This document shows positions 12,888-24,829 of a DNA stretch of 64,000 nt, one piece after another. The notes beneath the pieces were generated by a model that ran no database searches, was not told where the DNA came from, and saw only the letters and a list, made by a program, of their open reading frames with translations. The position numbers were made by a program, and so were the translations under genes. Position 1 is the first letter of the stretch, and every line of letters begins with the position of its first letter. The stretch covers positions 7,251,983 to 7,315,982 of the forward strand of contig NC_057756.1 of the NCBI RefSeq assembly GCF_004010195.1, written 5' to 3'. This DNA comes from Chiloscyllium plagiosum. Taxonomy: Eukaryota.

Positions 12888-12954
12888 ATGCTGCGATTGT
12901 TTATCATTGCCAATGAAGTATATTACATTACTATTGCTGTTATTGGCGTTCCTG
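12888..12954 (+). CDS. GPR139-like: GPR139-like GPCR copy 1, coding exon 1 (MLRLFIIANEVYYITIAVIGVP + 1 nt); joins 14924-15873
   Basis: Start context aaaATGc; ends CCT G|gtaagg (phase-1 donor at 12955). Splicing restores GVPVN in TM1. An alternative in-frame ATG lies at 12831. Confidence 0.85.
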
Positions 12955-14026
12955 GTAAGGTTTGCTTTTAATTATGCATAGGTTGTGGTCATTGCTGCTT
13001 AGACCAAAAGGGAACGTTTCAGAGTGGATCTGGAGTCACGTCTCAGTCAGACCAGAAAAGGATGGTAGTTTCTTTCCCGTAAGGACATTAAGGAATCAGA
13101 TGACGTTCTTCCTAGCAATCAACATTGGATTCATGGTGGTCGGTAGACACTTAATCGCAGATTTTTATTTTCACTGAATTCAAATTGCACCATCTGACAT
13201 GAGGATTCAATCCTGGCTCACATACATTACCACGGTCTCTGGATTAATAGTCTAGTTCGGCCATTGCCTGCCTTTAGCAGAACTTGTAAATGTTACATAA
13301 ATCAGTGCAGTGGAATATCATGTCAACGTGCTTATATTTGTCTCAAAGTATTTGCCAATGTAGAACCGGGTTCACTGTGTTTCAGTTGGCATTGCCATCA
13401 TCAGACATGCATTGTCAGGATTGTTGTAAGTTTTGACTAGACCTTATGTGGGTGGTTACAGTGAGCTGATGACATGTAAGGAAACCTTTACTTGTTTAAC
13501 ACAGTAATTTCCCCTTTAATTTTGCTGAACAATTAAGGCTTTTCTTTCAATGAGTAGTTAAGAAGAAACACTGATATTTCCTAATTCCAGGAAGTCACAT
13601 GAATGGAAAACAGGTAAAATCATTCACTAACGTATCACCAGTACTGCGTCTGTTTTTGCAGTCTTGAAGATAATCCATGATTCGAACAGTGGTTTCCACA
13701 AATTTAGATAAATGTCAGGTACTAAATTTCGGAAAGGCAAATCAGTGCAGGGCAGGAGTCGCAGGTAGATTGGAGAGTGAAGAAGTTGTTTGGTACATGT
13801 ACTTTTACATGTCAATGCATTGAGTATAGGAATTGGGAAATCATTTTGCAGCTGTACAGGACATTGATTGGGTCATTTTTCATTTCCCTGGTTGCAACTG
13901 TGGTCTCCTTGTTATATGAAGCATGTTGATAAGCTTGATAGGGTGTACAAAAGATTTACAAGGATATCACCGGGGTTGGAGAGTTTGAGTTTTATACAGA
14001 CTCTGAATTGGCAGAGGCTATTTTCC

Positions 14027-14179
14027 AGGCAAAAGTGAGGACTGCAGATGCTGGAGATTAGAGTCGAGAGTGTGGTGCTGGAAAAGCACAGCAGGTCAGG
14101 CAGCATCCAAAGCAGGAAAATTGACATGCTCCTTGAAAACTGCCTGACCTGCTGTGCTTTTCCTGCGCCACACTCTGGA
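14027..14179. repeat. Small Penelope-terminus-derived inverted-repeat insertion in the copy 1 intron
   Basis: 37-bp inverted arms at 14067-14103 and 14140-14176, flanked by the direct repeat gctattttcc at 14017-14026 and 14180-14189. Confidence 0.8.
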
Positions 14180-14923
14180 GCTATTTTCCCTAGTGTACGG
14201 AGGCCGAGGGTCATAGACAGGATGAATAGTAAACATTTCATTAATCTTACACTACAATTCAGTTTCATAATGGTTATCTCCTTTGGTAAATGCGTTAAGT
14301 CCTCAACTCCAGGTCTACCTGTTGATAGGGCGAGGACATGATCTCTTATCATAAGTGCCATTATTCCTATATTCTTGTGGGACATTGTATCAGAATAGAC
14401 TATCACCTAAATTAGGATTATGAAATCTAATGATACCAAATCCATGGGTGGAATATTTGTAATGTAGATGCCATTCTGTGGCAGATTGCTTTGTGACAAT
14501 GTTAAAATGTGTCATTGCAACACTGATATCCACCGCTCCGTGTCGAGGAGAATAGAATGGTAATTTTTGGGAACACGGATGTGAAATTTACACTCTGCTG
14601 CACTCCTCATGTTCTTTTTATTCTTCCATTCAAGGAATGCTGTTAATTAAGCCAATATAACAAGATTAAACTGATTCTGTATGCAGCAGTAACATATTCA
14701 ACTGTTCATTTTGCACCACCGCAGCCATTTTGCAATACTTCATCTTCAACACCACTCTTCCACTATTTTGGTTGAGGGATGCAGCGTAATGAAGGATGAA
14801 ATGACAACTAAAATTCATTTTACATTTCAATACTGTTCCTGACCACCCTTTAGCCATCTCGCTTCAAATCAAAGGTTGTACCACTTACAATATCTAAACT
14901 ACTTTCAGTTTTCCCTCTAACAG

Positions 14924-15873
14924 TTAATGCACTGGCAATTGTGATCCTGTCCCAAGGAAAGTGCGGCCTTTCTAGATGCACCAGTCATTACCTGGTGGCC
15001 ATGGCAACAGCGGATCTTATGGTCATCATCACTGATGTTACATTCAATCACCTGAATCAGTACTTTTACCAGGGATCATTCCTGCACCTGACGCCTGCAT
15101 GCATTATGCTTGATTTTCTACTTTCTGTGAGTTCAGACTGTTCTGTCTGGTTCACTGTCACATTCTCCGCTGATCGGTTTGTGACCATTTGTTGCCAGAA
15201 ACTGAAACTGACATATTGTACCGTGAAAACAGCAGCTGTCATTCTTTCAACAACCTGCATTCTTTTCTTTCTAAAAAATGTTCCTATTTTCATTACACGG
15301 GAACCGATGATTGTGGTTGACAATGTACAGTGGTCTTGTCAAATGAAGGCCAGCTACTATATTGAACTCAGATGGATGGTTTTTGATTGGATTGATAAAG
15401 TGTTAACACTATTACTGCCATTCATTTTAGTTTTGCTCTTCAATATTTTGACAGTCAGATACATTTTAGTGGCGAATCAGATTCGTAAAGGATTGAGGAG
15501 TCAGAACACAGAAGAGAAGCGCAGTGATCCTGAGATGGAGAGCAGAAGAAAGTCAATGATTTTACTGTTTGCCATATCTAGTAACTTCATACTGCTGTGG
15601 TCACCCTATGTAATAAATTTCTTATATTATAAAATTGCAGCAATTGATCCCAGATATTACAATGACAGGTTGCGTATATTTGAAAGAATTGGATATATGC
15701 TGCTGAATCTGAGTTGCAGCACAAATACGTTTATGTATGGAGTTACTCAATCGAAGTTTAGGGACCAGTTTATTCGCGCTGTAAAATACCCACTGGCTTC
15801 AGTGAACAGTGTCTTCACTTTCAGAATGAATTTATGGCAATCTAAACAATACCATACAAAGCTGTTTTCATGA
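14924..15873 (+). CDS. GPR139-like: GPR139-like class A orphan GPCR copy 1, coding exon 2 (intact; full protein 338 aa)
   Basis: Acceptor ttccctctaacag|TT AAT. Seven hydrophobic segments with motifs AMATADL (TM2), PAC and ADRF (TM3), ECL2 WSC, LLPF (TM5), FILLWSPY (TM6), NTFMY (TM7) and helix-8 KFR. AATAAA at 15888-15893. Confidence 0.92.
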
Positions 15874-16784
15874 GTGCAACATTGAACAATAAATATTCAT
15901 CAACTGATTGAAATCAAAAATGTTTTTGAGTGTAAGCTGCAGTGCAGCAGTGCAGGCTTAGCTTGCATTGGATGTTGTTTTCTTTTGGATTGCTGTAATA
16001 TCGAGACAAAAGTTTTAACCTTCATCTGAGATAAGCATAATGAACAATTTGTTCGAGAATGTTACATCATTACAGAATCCACAGACATAAAGGAAAATGC
16101 CCAAAAAATCAACACGATGAACTGAATTAGGGAGATTGCATTCCATCAAAAGGTAGCACCAAATTTAACTACTGGGCCATTCATTAGTTTTGGTGTTGTA
16201 TTGGAAATGAGGTCTCTCATATTCTGTATGCCTCATTTCAGTTTTGTTTTGCAACACTCTTTTCTCTCATTTTATTTACCTCAGAAATGATCTGCATGTT
16301 AGCAAATGATGTTAATTTTGGAGAGCTGAAATTCAAAACTGAAATCTAGATTGCTATTTCATCTTTGTTTCATTTGTCGTTTAACGTGGTAGCCCTTTCA
16401 GTGAAAGATAAGAGCGTAACTCTGCATATTGATTTTTTGCAACGAAGAAATGACATTACTAAAGAATATAAAAGTAATGAGAACGTATTTGTGCTCTTTA
16501 CATATGAAGTTTTTAAAGCACATAGCGCAAGTACATTCTCGACTCTCACAATAACATTACTTTGCAGTCTTCAAAAGTTGGTCGAGAGTTTCATTCTGGG
16601 TCACGTCTAAAGCCCTGACTTAGCTGTTTCTTTCACTTTCTGATCTTGGACGTTTGTCAGCCTTTTTTAAATGATTCATACAACTGATCTTGATTATTCT
16701 TTGCATTAAATGATGCTATCTGATTTAAACCAAAGTTTAAACCAGCTCTCCTGAAATTTTTATATCAATATAATTGTAGTAGGA

Positions 16785-17055
16785 TAACATAGAATCATAG
16801 AAACCTTACAGTGTGGAAAAAGACCCCTCTGCCCAACAAGTCCACACTGACCCTCTGAAGCGTAACCCACTCAGAACCATCCCCCTCCTAACTAATGGAA
16901 CCTAACCTACAAATCCCTGAACACTATGGGAAATTTGTACTGGGTAATTCACCTAACCTGCAGATTTTCGGATTGGGGAGAAAACCAGACCACCCAAAGG
17001 AAACCCCACCAGACAAGGCGAGAATTAAAACTCTACACAGCCAGTCGCCCGTGGC
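16785..17055 (-). mobile_element. tRNA-derived SINE (HE1-like), 5'-truncated; followed by a different dispersed repeat at about 17065-17430
   Basis: Reverse complement of the SINE tail and core: cagtgtggaaaaagaccc..attcacctaacctgcag. Confidence 0.7.
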
Positions 17056-19514
17056 TGGATTTTGTTTTATTCATTCATGAGATGAGGGTGTCGCTGGCCA
17101 AGGCAGCATTTATTGCCCATCCTGATTGTCCAGAGGGCAATTAAGATTTGACAACATTGCTGTAGGTCTGGAGTCACATATAGGCCAGACCAGTTAGGGA
17201 TGGCAGCTTCTATTCCTGAAGGGCATTGTTGATTCAGATGGGCTTTTCCAATAATCGACAATGGATTTGTTGTCATCATTAGATTCTTAATTCCAGATTG
17301 TTATTGAATTCAAATTCCACTATCTGCCACGGCGGAATTTGATCCCAGGTCCCCAGAACATTAAGTCCCCAGACCCTGGTTTCTGAAATAGTAGTCCAGC
17401 GATAATACCATTAGGCCATCGCCTCCCCTATTGATGTTTTGAACAGTTCATTATTTTCTCGTGGAGGATGTTTCACATTTTCCTACGATGCAATTTTACT
17501 TTGTTTACTAATCGTTCAAGACTAAAACTCCAACAACACTTTCAATTAAATGAAGTTTCTGTTCCAAGTCGTGACTTATGTTCACTTGTGGATCAGCTCC
17601 ATTTCGGTGAAATGGATAAATCCACCTCGAGCCCATTTCCATTTAATTGCAGTGTATTCACTGGACTTCTCTTCCTAGTGTGGTAGGTCAGGTTCATGCG
17701 CATTGAAGACACAAACGACTGAAGACAGAACCTGCTCTCTTTCTTCTAATTTTCTTGTGACAGAAAACGATGTGTTAGGTTTAAATCAGGTGGGACAGAC
17801 AGGAACGTATTACTTGAACCTGGACTGAATCTTGCAAATGTTACAAACAATGCAGGAAACAAACGACCATTTGTACAATCTGCAGGATCCACTGCAAAGT
17901 GGGTCACTCACCAAACTTCCTCTGACAGCACGTTCCAAGCTCACGGCCCTGTCCCCTAGAATAGCAAGGGTAATTTATGCATGGGACCACAGACCCCTGC
18001 AAGTTCCCTGACAAACCACACACTATCCTGACTTGCAATTAGATCAGGATTTCTTTGAAATGAAAGGCTGTGTCTGCATTCCTCACAGCACAGTGTCTCA
18101 TGGGTTTTACTGCTGTTATGTTCTGGACTGTGAATGGAGGTGAACTTTTGAGTGCAGGGGTAATTAGACAAGGTGAGGGGATAGGAAGGCTTGTCCCTAT
18201 TCCTGAGGAAACGAGGGTTTGACTTGGAATTCACAGAGAGTGTATGAGAGGTGCTGAGACAGAGGGACCAGGACGAGGGGACAGAGATTGACAGGAGAGT
18301 GTGGTGTGAGGGGAGAGACAGAGAAAGGGAGGAGAGGTGGGCCGAGAGGCAGACAGTTTGGCACGGGGCAAGGTATCGTTGAGTGTGAACGTTTTGTAGC
18401 AAATGTTTGAAATGAAGCCTTTGAGATTCAAATCCCGAGGGACTGTCTCTCTTGCTTCAGTTTTGCTCCCTTTCTGTCCTCCTTTCTCACACTCATTCTG
18501 TTTCTCCACCAGTGTTTTCTATCTCTCCCTCGCTTTTACTCATGTTTACTTTCTTTTTCTATTTCCCTCTATCTGTCTGTCCCATTCCCTCTCTTTCTCT
18601 CTCAACAACCTCTCTCTCTTCCAGTTTTTTTTTGTAGTATGTCACGGTTTATGGAATAGTGGAGCTCAAAGATCAGCCCAAACTGAGCCCTGGTAAAAGT
18701 TTGATATGAAAATTACATTGCCAATCTAAGTTGGTTGTGAGTGCTTCAAAATACTGCAGCGTGCCACAGACTGGAGTCAAAACAACTGAGCAACATTTCA
18801 TCTTCTGTGAGCTCGAACTGGATCTATTTTAAATGCATATACGCTTATGATGATTTTTGTTTTGTAAGTTTAAACGAAGTTCAGTCTTGTTATTATGTGA
18901 ACATGAAGGTTATATCTATCCTTGGGCCAGTTTTAAGTTTGTGACACAGAAGACATCTGCAACTCATTTCAACAGCTCAGCGTATCATCTCAAAGTTGTG
19001 GACATGGGGTGGGAAGTCTCCGTCAAGGACAAGCAGCACTTGTTGGGTCTTCCACTGAGTTGGTCAGACTAGAATCCAAACTGATGCGACAGCTCCTTCC
19101 AAATTGGGCAAACGTCTGTGTTCTCTCTTCCCTCCTTTTTCAATATCTGCCATGTCAAACTGGCTGTGGGAGCGACAACGACTAAGTCTTCTTTTCCTCT
19201 TCCTGATAATTACAAAAATTGTTAAAGATTTGCAAATGAGGTGTTTTAAAATGTAATACATTGTGTGAAATAATCAGTAGAAGAATTTCGCGGGGTGGTG
19301 GGGGAGAGGGGAAGGTTGCATTCTGTATGGCAAACAGGCTTTGTGAAGCCAGGAATACAAAACCTAAAACACAGTTATTCTCATTTGTTGTTGTGGCTGA
19401 GACAAGTGATGGATCAACAATTGACCAGTGGTATGCCCTCGAGGGGTTGTACGCTTCTCATAATCCCCTATTGTCAGCAGATAGCAATATAGACTCTTGT
19501 GGTCTTGTCATATC

Positions 19515-19855
19515 ATTGAAGCCCCACTATGTGGTAACAGGCCATGTGGCCCAAAACGTCCACACTGATCTTCCAAAGAGAAGCCCCCCCCAAGACCTAA
19601 CCTGATGCTATAATTCCCGTGCCTTATGCACCTAACCTGGATATCCCTGAACACTGTCAGCAATTACTACAGCCAATCCAACTAATTTACAAACTTTTCG
19701 ATGGTGGGAGGAAAACAGAGCACCCTATGGAAACCCACATATGCACGAGAAGAATGTGCAAACTCCACAGGGACAAATGTCCAATGTTTAGAAGCAAACC
19801 TAGATCCCTGGCACTGTGATGTTAGCACTGCTAACTACTGAGCCACTGTGCCTCC
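19515..19855 (-). mobile_element. tRNA-derived SINE (HE1-like)
   Basis: gctaactactgagccac is the reverse of the A box; aatgtgcaaactccaca is the core. Confidence 0.75.
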
Positions 19856-20234
19856 TGCATTGCTGAGTATCTACCTCTGGAGTCGAGGATTTTAGGGTCA
19901 GGTCGCACATGTGCCTAGAGTACAGGACAATACACATGGGTAGTTTGAGTTCATTTGTAACCTATTCACCCACAAATTGTGGCACTCCTTCATTATCTAG
20001 ATGGTATGACTGATGTTATAGTGTCCTTACCTTTGAAGTTGAAGGCTGGGGGCTCAAGAGACAATAGGTTGACGGGAAATATTGAGAAATAACCTCTCGT
20101 TCATTAAATTTCCCTCTTCTTAATTGTCAACTCTGTTGCAGTATAAGAAACAAAAAGTAAATGTCTCTTGCTGAGAGATTCACATATGCAGTCATCTGTT
20201 GCTATCAGCCTTAAAGGGCGTCCTGTGATATCTC

Positions 20235-20547
20235 AGGGGCAGCACGATTGCTCAGTGGTTAGCACTGCTACCTCACAGCGCCAGGGACCCAGGTTCGATT
20301 CCAGCTTCAGGCGACTGTCTGTGTGGAGTTTGCACATTCTCCCTGTGTCTGAGTGGGTTTCCTCCGGGTGCTCTGGTTTCCTCCCACAGTCCAATGATGT
20401 GCAGGTTAGGTGAATTGGCCATGCTAAACTGCCCATAGTGTTAGGTGCATTAGTCAGAGGGAAATGGATCTGCTAGTGTTTCTCTTCAGAGCATCAATGT
20501 GGACTTGTTGGGCCAAAAGGCCGGTTTCCACACTGTAGAGAATCTAA
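20235..20547 (+). mobile_element. tRNA-derived SINE (HE1-like), full length
   Basis: ggggcagcacgattgctcagtggttagcactgc..ggttcgattcc head, core, and tail gtttccacactgtagagaatcta. Confidence 0.88.
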
Positions 20548-20587
20548 ACATACTAGAAAATGAGTTTATGCTTCTGCACTTTTGCTG

Positions 20588-21294
20588 CATTATGACACGG
20601 GGTAAACTCTCCTGCTTAATTTAAACCAGGAACACTGAAAAGATTTATTCCATGCAGTAATATGTGAAAATTCAAGAGGCCAAGAACTATATAAAGTAAA
20701 AATTAACAACTTTATTTATTAAACTACAACAGCGAATTATTAGCTAATCACTATTTACAACTCCTTCCTCTTACCTATCTTTTATCTTCCCCTTCTATAA
20801 TACTAGTCCAAACAAAACCCCTGATTAAGTTTGATAAAACAAAACATCTTATCTCCAAACCAGGCAGCTTTTGGTTCTTCTCTGTATTCCGGTCTTCTTT
20901 CCTTCTTTTTGGGGATTCTGCTGCACAAGTTACTGATCCTTAAATGTTACATGACGAGCGCTTGAAGGGAGTCTCTACATGCTAGATTGGCAGTTCTCCT
21001 CTCAACTGTTCAATTTTCCCCAGTCTTGTACCCACAAAGCATCGGATTGTGTCATTGGCTTTTCAGATTCTCAATGTACTCGATTGAAACTTGAATGGAA
21101 TTTAATTTTGGGGGGTATAATTTAAACTGATTGGCTTAATTTGAATTTATTTTGTCATTCCCAGACAACTAGAGACCCTAGATACCCCAGCAGCTGGGCC
21201 ACATGTTACATTACATCTTATTGAGAATACTTGATTCTGTCACTACTAGCTTTTAACTCTCTTGAAGATACTGTGCATCTATGTCTTCATAACA
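20588..21294 (-). mobile_element. Solo LTR related to the LTRs at 6530-6785 and 43051-44908
   Basis: Ends tcataaca. Both ends match the reverse complement of the 43051 and 44908 termini. Flanked by gctg/actg (imperfect 4-bp TSD). Absent at the paralogous sites near 2510 and 46148. Confidence 0.7.
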
Positions 21295-21363
21295 ACTGTA
21301 ATCAGAATCAGACCAACAACTGCCAAAGCTGTTCCTACAGGGTTGACAGTTTTCCAGAGAAGC

Positions 21364-21451
21364 TGAAACTTTATTGCTGGAACAGCACAGCAGGTCAGGC
21401 AGCATCTAGGGAACAGAAGATTCGACGTTTCGGGCACATGCCCTTCTTCAG
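21364..21451 (-). mobile_element. About 85-bp Penelope-terminus insertion carrying a minimal hammerhead ribozyme core
   Basis: The minus strand reads CTGAAGA AGGGC ATGT GCCC GAAA CGTC GAATC. A 17-bp direct repeat cagttttccagagaagc lies at 21347-21363 and 21449-21465. Confidence 0.75.
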
Positions 21452-23749
21452 TTTTCCAGAGAAGCCTTCATAGGAATATTCTTAAAAGATAATGCTGTAA
21501 GATTATGACCTGGTAATGACATAACATTTATCAGAATAAAAGTACACCTTACTATACATTGAAAATAAAGTGTATACTTAAAACTGCTCTGTTTTAGAAA
21601 GGGGAGATGGGTGACAAATCCTGAAATGTAGATAATGCTTTGGGGATGTGCATTGAAATCCCAATTAGGCTGCTGGTGGAAGTCATGTGTAAATATTTTA
21701 TTTGGAATTGAAATGTAATCTCAGTATTGCTGAACCTGACAACCCACATAGATTGATTGAGAAAAGGAAAATTGAAGTCACGGAAATTGAACCTATAGTC
21801 AAGCCCCCATCTTTCCAATGTGTGGCTTCAGACGCAGACTAACATGCTTAACTCGCCTTATGCCTGAAATGAAATATCTCTGCAACACTATCCCCACCAC
21901 ACCCTCACCCTCTAATTCATCTCTCAGCCCTCTTTCTCCCTCCCATATCCACATTCTTGATCGAGATGTTATGCCCGAAACCTCGATTCTCCTGCTGCCT
22001 GACCTGCTGTGCTTTTTCAGCGCCACACATTTTGACATATTTCTGAGATAGACCAGTAGGGATCACTCCCTTCACTTCAAACAGTTAGATTCAATTCGGT
22101 GTGGACATATCAAGTGATGGTGTTTGGAGAGAGACTGGATTGGCTAGGACTATAGTCACTGGAGTTCAGATCCATATGGTGGTGCAGCGGGGGTGGGATC
22201 TCATAGCAACCTATAACAGTCTAACAGGGATAGATAGAGCAAATGCAGGAAGATTTTTCCTGATGACCGGGGAAGTCCAGATCTAGCAGGAGGGAAAAAT
22301 GAAGAGACATGTCCTCACCCAGAGAGTGGTGAGCTTGTAGAATTTCGGCCAGAGAAGTGTTTGAGGCCAAAACATTAGATGCTTTCAAGCATCAGCTGTG
22401 TATAACTCTTCAGGCTAAATGGATCAACTCATATGAGTAGAAAGTCTGGAGGGGCTGAGTAACTTTTCGCTCTGTCCAAGAATAGGCAATTATTTGAACC
22501 CTCTTCTCCTGCGAGCAGTGGACAATGGTTATTGAATAAATTAAAAGGTTTATTTCTGCTCAGTAAGAGAGATGTGGCCCATGGGTGGCCAGACAGAAAA
22601 GTGGAATTCAGTCCAGAATTAGAAAGACCCTGATCTTATTAAATGGTTCAGGGGAGTTGTTGGGCCAAATGGCCTATTTCTGCTATAATTTATTAAGCAA
22701 TTGAATGACAGCCAGAAACATGATATGCTATATTGAGAGGTTATTCTGATACCAAAGAGAACCAAATTCTCATAATGATACTGGTCATTTTAATATTTTC
22801 AAAACTGTTCTCCCACTTCAAAAAAAATCAATTTGATGACAACTAATAAAAGTAACAATTAACACAGTCACACCTTCAGAGAAGACATTGAACCAGGAAT
22901 TATACATGTATTAACATTATACCCGCAGAAGCCAAAATATTGAATGTTTTCATGGAGGAGACAGATTTGTTCCTATGGTTAAAGGGATCAGAGAGTATGA
23001 GGAGAAAGCGGGAACGAGGGACTGAGTTTGATGATCAGCAGTGATCATATTGGATATTGGAACAGACTGGACAGGCCGAATGGCCTAATACTTCTCCTTT
23101 TTGACGTTTTCATGTTTAGCATTCACTGTCATAGTGGTTAGCTAGCCAAAGGCAATACTGCCCCAGGGGTGTAGAATAATTTCTCTCAACAGGTTCATTC
23201 GAAAATATTAACACTGAATTTAATGATAGATTCAAAAAAGCATTGCACATAATTTCGGCAAGTTATGCATAATGCAAAAGAGACTACAGATTTATTCAGA
23301 TAATTGTGTTTGTGACTGAGTGAGCTGATTCCAATAATTATATTTCAGAATAAACAGAAATGTAGCTTTTGATTGAAACCGGTACCTGCTGATTCTAATA
23401 GCATGCTCGTTCTCTGCTGTGCATGAAATCAGCTTCTCGAATGGAATGAGATGAATCTGTGTCAGAGAGCTCTGATGCAATCCATTATTCACCGTCCTGA
23501 CATGGACTCGAACATCTGAAGTGTTTTGAGTAATCTTGTTTTCCCACTGAGGGTCCATGTTTTGTTTACTGGGGGATTGGCTCTGACTCTGCAGGTTCAA
23601 GTGAGTGATTCATGGAACTGATGCAGATTGGACAACATACTATTCCGGGGTTTTCTACAAGACGGAACAGCAGTGTTGAGGATTTTAATCTGCAGTTGTA
23701 ACTTTTCCATTGAAGAGCTCCCTTTTATTGACTAACTGCAGAAATTAAG

Positions 23750-24093
23750 TTATAGAATTCCTACTGTGTAGAAAGTAGCCCTTTGGGCCATCAAATCAGC
23801 ACAAACCCTCTGAAAAGCATTCCACCCAGTCCTGTCCCTTCGCCCTCTCCCATTTCTCACATTTCCCATGCCTTATCCACCTAGCCTGCGCATCACTGAA
23901 CACTGCAGTTTAATATAGTGTGGCCAATCCAACTAATGTACGCACCTCCAGGAAGACACTGGAGCAGCCACAGGAAATCCGTGCTGAACTGGGGAGAACG
24001 TGCAAACTGCACACAGTCACGCAAGGCTTGGAATCAAGCCCAGGTTCTTGACGCTAAGGGGCAAAGGTGTCAACCACTGAACCACCGTGCCAC
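23750..24093 (-). mobile_element. tRNA-derived SINE (diverged); paralog at about 48365-48700
   Basis: Reverse SINE head ccactgaaccaccgtgcc and core cgtgcaaactgcacacag. Confidence 0.7.
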
Positions 24094-24829
24094 TCTATTC
24101 ACTGACAGCAACTCATTTACTGAGGTGGGAGTTAAATGTTCGAAATCAGTTCAAATCCATATTGATCAATGGATTTTGAGATCAACTTCAAAAGCTACCG
24201 GGGCATGAAATTATGTTCCCAACTAATTCGAATCAGAATATTTAAATCATTTTCTGATGCCATCAGAAGTTATAGGCTACGGGAAGAAACCTCAGCATCT
24301 TTGCTGGTCTTCAGATAGGTCATCCCTTTTTTCGTACTTTAATGTTGTTCTGCAATAACATCATTGGTATATTTACTTTAAAAAATTTGAATTCTGTCAA
24401 TCTCAGCTCTGAGTTGCTCACTTTTCCAGTTGAGCTCTGATAACAATGAAGTGAAAGACCAGATGTGTTAGCTGCCAGATGGTTACATCAAGCGGAGAGC
24501 AGATACTTACACAGCGTGTCCAGCCATCATGCATTGAGTGGCTGGAAACTCTTGAGAACCACACAGAATGCAAGCTTGACGCGGAATGTATGGCATAAAT
24601 ATAATGCTGTACGTCCATTGAATAGACGGCAGTGTGAATTTTAATACATTTTGTTTCACTTTCGAGGACAAATATTTTGTTATACACTCATTTTATTTGT
24701 AAAGTGCATCTCTGTGAAGTAATATCTGTCTCAGTAGAAAGAATGTTTGCAATGATAACTAGAGTTGTCTCAGTAATGGAGTAAGTAAACTGTCTGCGTC
24801 AATTGAATATCAGGGCATTCCAGAACCAG

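Noticed and set aside
15066..15323. Antisense ORFs recurring in GPCR copies (15066-15323, 30695-30952, 61094-61288)
   Set aside because: Shadow frames explained by paralogy of the sense-strand gene; no independent coding evidence.
20235..20310. tRNA-like sequences at SINE heads
   Set aside because: They have A/B boxes only and continue into SINE core and tail; not tRNA genes.
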